Source: Promethearchaeota archaeon
GTDB lineage: Archaea > Asgardarchaeota > Lokiarchaeia > Sigyniarchaeales > SOKP01
NCBI GenBank assembly: GCA_016839555.1
Contig: JAEOUA010000001.1
Coordinates: 96,001 to 160,000 of the forward strand
Direction of reading: 5' to 3'
DNA: 64,000 bases
The translations under genes were made by a program, and so were the position numbers. Of this stretch, positions 61,586 to 64,000 are shown piece by piece (the first letter of the stretch is position 1; each line of letters begins with the position of its first letter). The notes below the pieces were generated by a model, which worked only from the letters and a program-made list of their open reading frames with translations, was not told the origin of the DNA and made no database searches.

Positions 61586-61824
61586 GCTCTAAAAATTACT
61601 CATATTTATCTAATTCTTAGAATATTATAATATTTTTTATTTAACTTCATCATTTTGCTTTATAAATAATATAGATCTGAGTTTCTTAATAAAATTCAAG
61701 AGAAATATAGAGCATAAATTTTTATCATCTTAAGCTTTTCATATATTCTCTTATGGAAGAGATTTATATTTACGTACTTCATTAATATTTATAACAGATA
61801 ATTATTAATCATTATTGATAATCA

Positions 61825-62226
61825 ATGAAAGATGTGAGGATTGTTACATTTGATAATCGAGGACGTTTAGTGGTACCTAAAATAATACGAAAAAGCCTTG
61901 GATTAACAGAAGATACCCAATTAATGATGGTTGCCGATTCAGAAAGTAAAGAAATTCGGATCACTCCCGTAGCATTTGATTCAAGACAAAAACCCATAAA
62001 ATTAAAAATTAAAATTCAGGATGCACCAGGGAGCTTAGCAAAAATTGCTTCCACGTTCGGAAAATTAGGGATATCTTTAATGTATGGTGAATCTGCTGTG
62101 TTGGAGAAAGATAAAACAGCTATATGGACCGTTATCAGCCCTACTCCAAATATTTCTTTAGAGGAACTTAAAGAAAAGTTGATGAAAGAAGGAGGGGCGA
62201 TTGATATAGAAATAATATCACTTTAA
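61825..62226 (+). CDS. AbrB/SpoVT DNA-binding domain fused to ACT domain
   Basis: FDNRGRLVVPKIIRKSLGL (AbrB) followed by DAPGSLAKIA (ACT). Confidence 0.85.
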   Translation: MKDVRIVTFDNRGRLVVPKIIRKSLGLTEDTQLMMVADSESKEIRITPVAFDSRQKPIKLKIKIQDAPGSLAKIASTFGKLGISLMYGESAVLEKDKTAIWTVISPTPNISLEELKEKLMKEGGAIDIEIISL

Positions 62227-62308
62227 TTAATAAGAATATTAGATAAACAAATTTATAAGAAGTTTTCTTTTTAATTATAATAATAATTTATATATTTTGT
62301 TGAGAATT

Positions 62309-62992
62309 ATGCCAAAAAAGAAAGAACAAAAAGAAGAGAGGGAATATTCATTAGAGGAAGCATTAAAATCCTCTCAAAAAACGGGAAGTGACTTACAGAA
62401 TTTTTTAAGTGCTTTATCTAAAGGAAAAGGATTTTATCAAGGAATTCAAAAACCAGAAGAAAAAAAAGAGCAAGAAAAAACAGATCCTCAGTTATCATAT
62501 GATGGAGAACCTTCTAAAAAGGCAGCAGAGGATTATATTATAGAGGATATTTCTATTTCAGAAAAAAAAACTAAAAGTGTTAAAAAGGAAGTAGATATTT
62601 CAAAAGAGGCAAAAGAGACAAAAAAAGATGAGGAATTACAAAAAATATCTATTTACAAGAAATTAAATGAATTTTTCCAGCAAGTCTTTGAAAATTATGA
62701 GATAAGATATAATAGATGGGAAGATTCTATAAATGCTTTAGTTTCTGTGTTACGAAAAATGAGAAAAGTCACCAAAGATAATACTCAACAATTAGTATCT
62801 GGTATTAAAAATATCTATGGGGAGATTAAAACAAATTTAGAGCAATTTAAAATAAAGCGGGATGAAATGGAGAAGGTTTCCGGTGTAAATATTGAAGAAA
62901 TGTCGAGAGAGTTCAAAAAATTGATTGGATTAATGAGCATCCAATTAAAGGAATATCAATTACGCAAATTAACAGATGAATTATTTTATTAG
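62309..62992 (+). CDS. Hypothetical charged/coiled-coil protein
   Basis: Low-complexity K/E-rich N-terminal half, helical C-terminal half. ATG 62309 preferred (track 62297). Confidence 0.7.
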   Translation: MPKKKEQKEEREYSLEEALKSSQKTGSDLQNFLSALSKGKGFYQGIQKPEEKKEQEKTDPQLSYDGEPSKKAAEDYIIEDISISEKKTKSVKKEVDISKEAKETKKDEELQKISIYKKLNEFFQQVFENYEIRYNRWEDSINALVSVLRKMRKVTKDNTQQLVSGIKNIYGEIKTNLEQFKIKRDEMEKVSGVNIEEMSREFKKLIGLMSIQLKEYQLRKLTDELFY

Positions 62993-63076
62993 CTTTTATT
63001 CTACATTTCATTATATTAATATCTTAATTATATTTATTATTTCATTTCGTTTTTATATAACTATTATATATTAAAA

Positions 63077-64000
63077 ATGTCCTATGGAACTTCTAAATAT
63101 AGTAGAGCGCTTATTTTAGATATCGGAAGCAGTAATTTTCGAATGGGATGGGCGGGCTCAGATGACCCTGAAATTATAGAGTCTTTTATCTATGCTCGGA
63201 CTACAAATTTTCAATTTCAATCGGAATTTATTGATGGCTTTAAAGAAATTTTTTCTAATAAAATAGAGAATGATTATCTATTCGGAAGCGAAGCTTTAAG
63301 TTATCAAGGGATTTTAAAGCTAGAAGATCTTAACAGAGAAGAGAATCCAAATATTTTTATTAAATATTTTCTTCATCAATATCAGAAGCTAAACATTCCT
63401 TCTGAATTCCGATTTAAACAACATATAATTTTAATCGATCCATTTTTAATGAGTGATTTAGAAAAAGACAAATATAAAAAAATATTTTTTGAGCGTTTAA
63501 AATTTCCTTCATTATTATTTCTTCCTTCTGATATGGCAATACTCACGACGTTAAATAAAGTCGATGGAGTTATTGTCAATATAGGTGCAAAAAATACTTA
63601 TATATCTTCAGTTTATCATGGATTTACCGATTCAATGGCAAAAGATAGTGTTCCTATTGGTGGTCGAGAATTAACTAACTATTTTTTAAATATGATTTTG
63701 ACGGGGAAAGGAGCTAATAAAAATTTCTTTTTTGATTTTTGGATGGCTAAAAAAATAAAAGAAGAAATGGCATTATGTGTTTTACATCCAAAACAAGAAA
63801 GAAATAAAATTCAAGAAGATTTTATTGAATACGATAAAATAATACATTTACCAAATAAATATAGTTTTAAAATTAATTTTGAAAGGTTTATGTTAGTTGA
63901 ACCTCTATTTAACCCCCAATTAATCCATATTGACCATAGAAATATTATTGAAAGTATTGTAAAGACCGTTAAATTTTGGGAAAGAGAACAGAGACCTGAA
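63077..64000 (+). CDS. Actin-related protein (divergent), 3'-truncated by window edge
   Basis: Not in the ORF track. Open for 308 codons: ALILDIGSSNFRMGWAG..DP (phosphate-1), FGSEA, GVIVNIG..NT (phosphate-2), IGGRELTNY, KKIKEE, ERFMLVEPLFNP. Confidence 0.9.
   Translation, partial: MSYGTSKYSRALILDIGSSNFRMGWAGSDDPEIIESFIYARTTNFQFQSEFIDGFKEIFSNKIENDYLFGSEALSYQGILKLEDLNREENPNIFIKYFLHQYQKLNIPSEFRFKQHIILIDPFLMSDLEKDKYKKIFFERLKFPSLLFLPSDMAILTTLNKVDGVIVNIGAKNTYISSVYHGFTDSMAKDSVPIGGRELTNYFLNMILTGKGANKNFFFDFWMAKKIKEEMALCVLHPKQERNKIQEDFIEYDKIIHLPNKYSFKINFERFMLVEPLFNPQLIHIDHRNIIESIVKTVKFWEREQRPE

Noticed and set aside
1719-63579. Short ORF-track entries antisense to or nested in real genes (e.g. 1719-1937, 4482-4886, 18246-18509, 33403-33711, 48185-48583, 48931-49437, 61075-61395, 63382-63579)
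   Set aside because: Shadow frames of well-supported genes, with no motifs of their own.
1-64000. Genome-wide reassignment of TAG
   Set aside because: About eight complete genes end in TAG at plausible C-termini (e.g. 7364, 17521, 40886) and no conserved core gene has an internal TAG. Only conditional read-through remains open.
1-64000. CRISPR arrays, rRNA, transposases, integrases or phage genes
   Set aside because: No regularly spaced repeats, long structured GC-rich RNA, or such protein motifs were seen.

Overview
AT-rich archaeal chromosomal segment, almost certainly Asgard (Lokiarchaeia-like). The assignment rests on intron-containing archaeal tRNAs, a Loki-CTERM-type sorting signal and several eukaryotic-signature proteins: three roadblock/LC7 genes (one fused to a Rab-like GTPase), two gelsolin-domain proteins and a divergent actin-related gene running off the right edge. 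Housekeeping content includes a near-complete archaeal (Aeropyrum-type) modified mevalonate/isoprenoid cluster (HMG-CoA synthase, MVK, AcnX-type phosphomevalonate dehydratase L/S, UbiD/UbiX, IPK, trans- and cis-prenyltransferases), plus hisB, an unannotated orphan lysW, SNF2+SWIM, GH38, ROK kinase, a corrinoid reductive activator, Nnr and RNase Z. The most interesting signals are: (i) two co-oriented ESP loci (17.8-23.4 kb and 60.4-64 kb); (ii) an apparent HMG-CoA synthase-DUF35 fusion; (iii) two tRNAs lacking the canonical U54/A58 T-loop pair, one of them with two introns; (iv) four recognisable reading frames each interrupted by an in-frame TAG; (v) an intact plus a catalytically degenerate YhhN pair. 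All family calls come from motif recognition by eye; no database searches were run.
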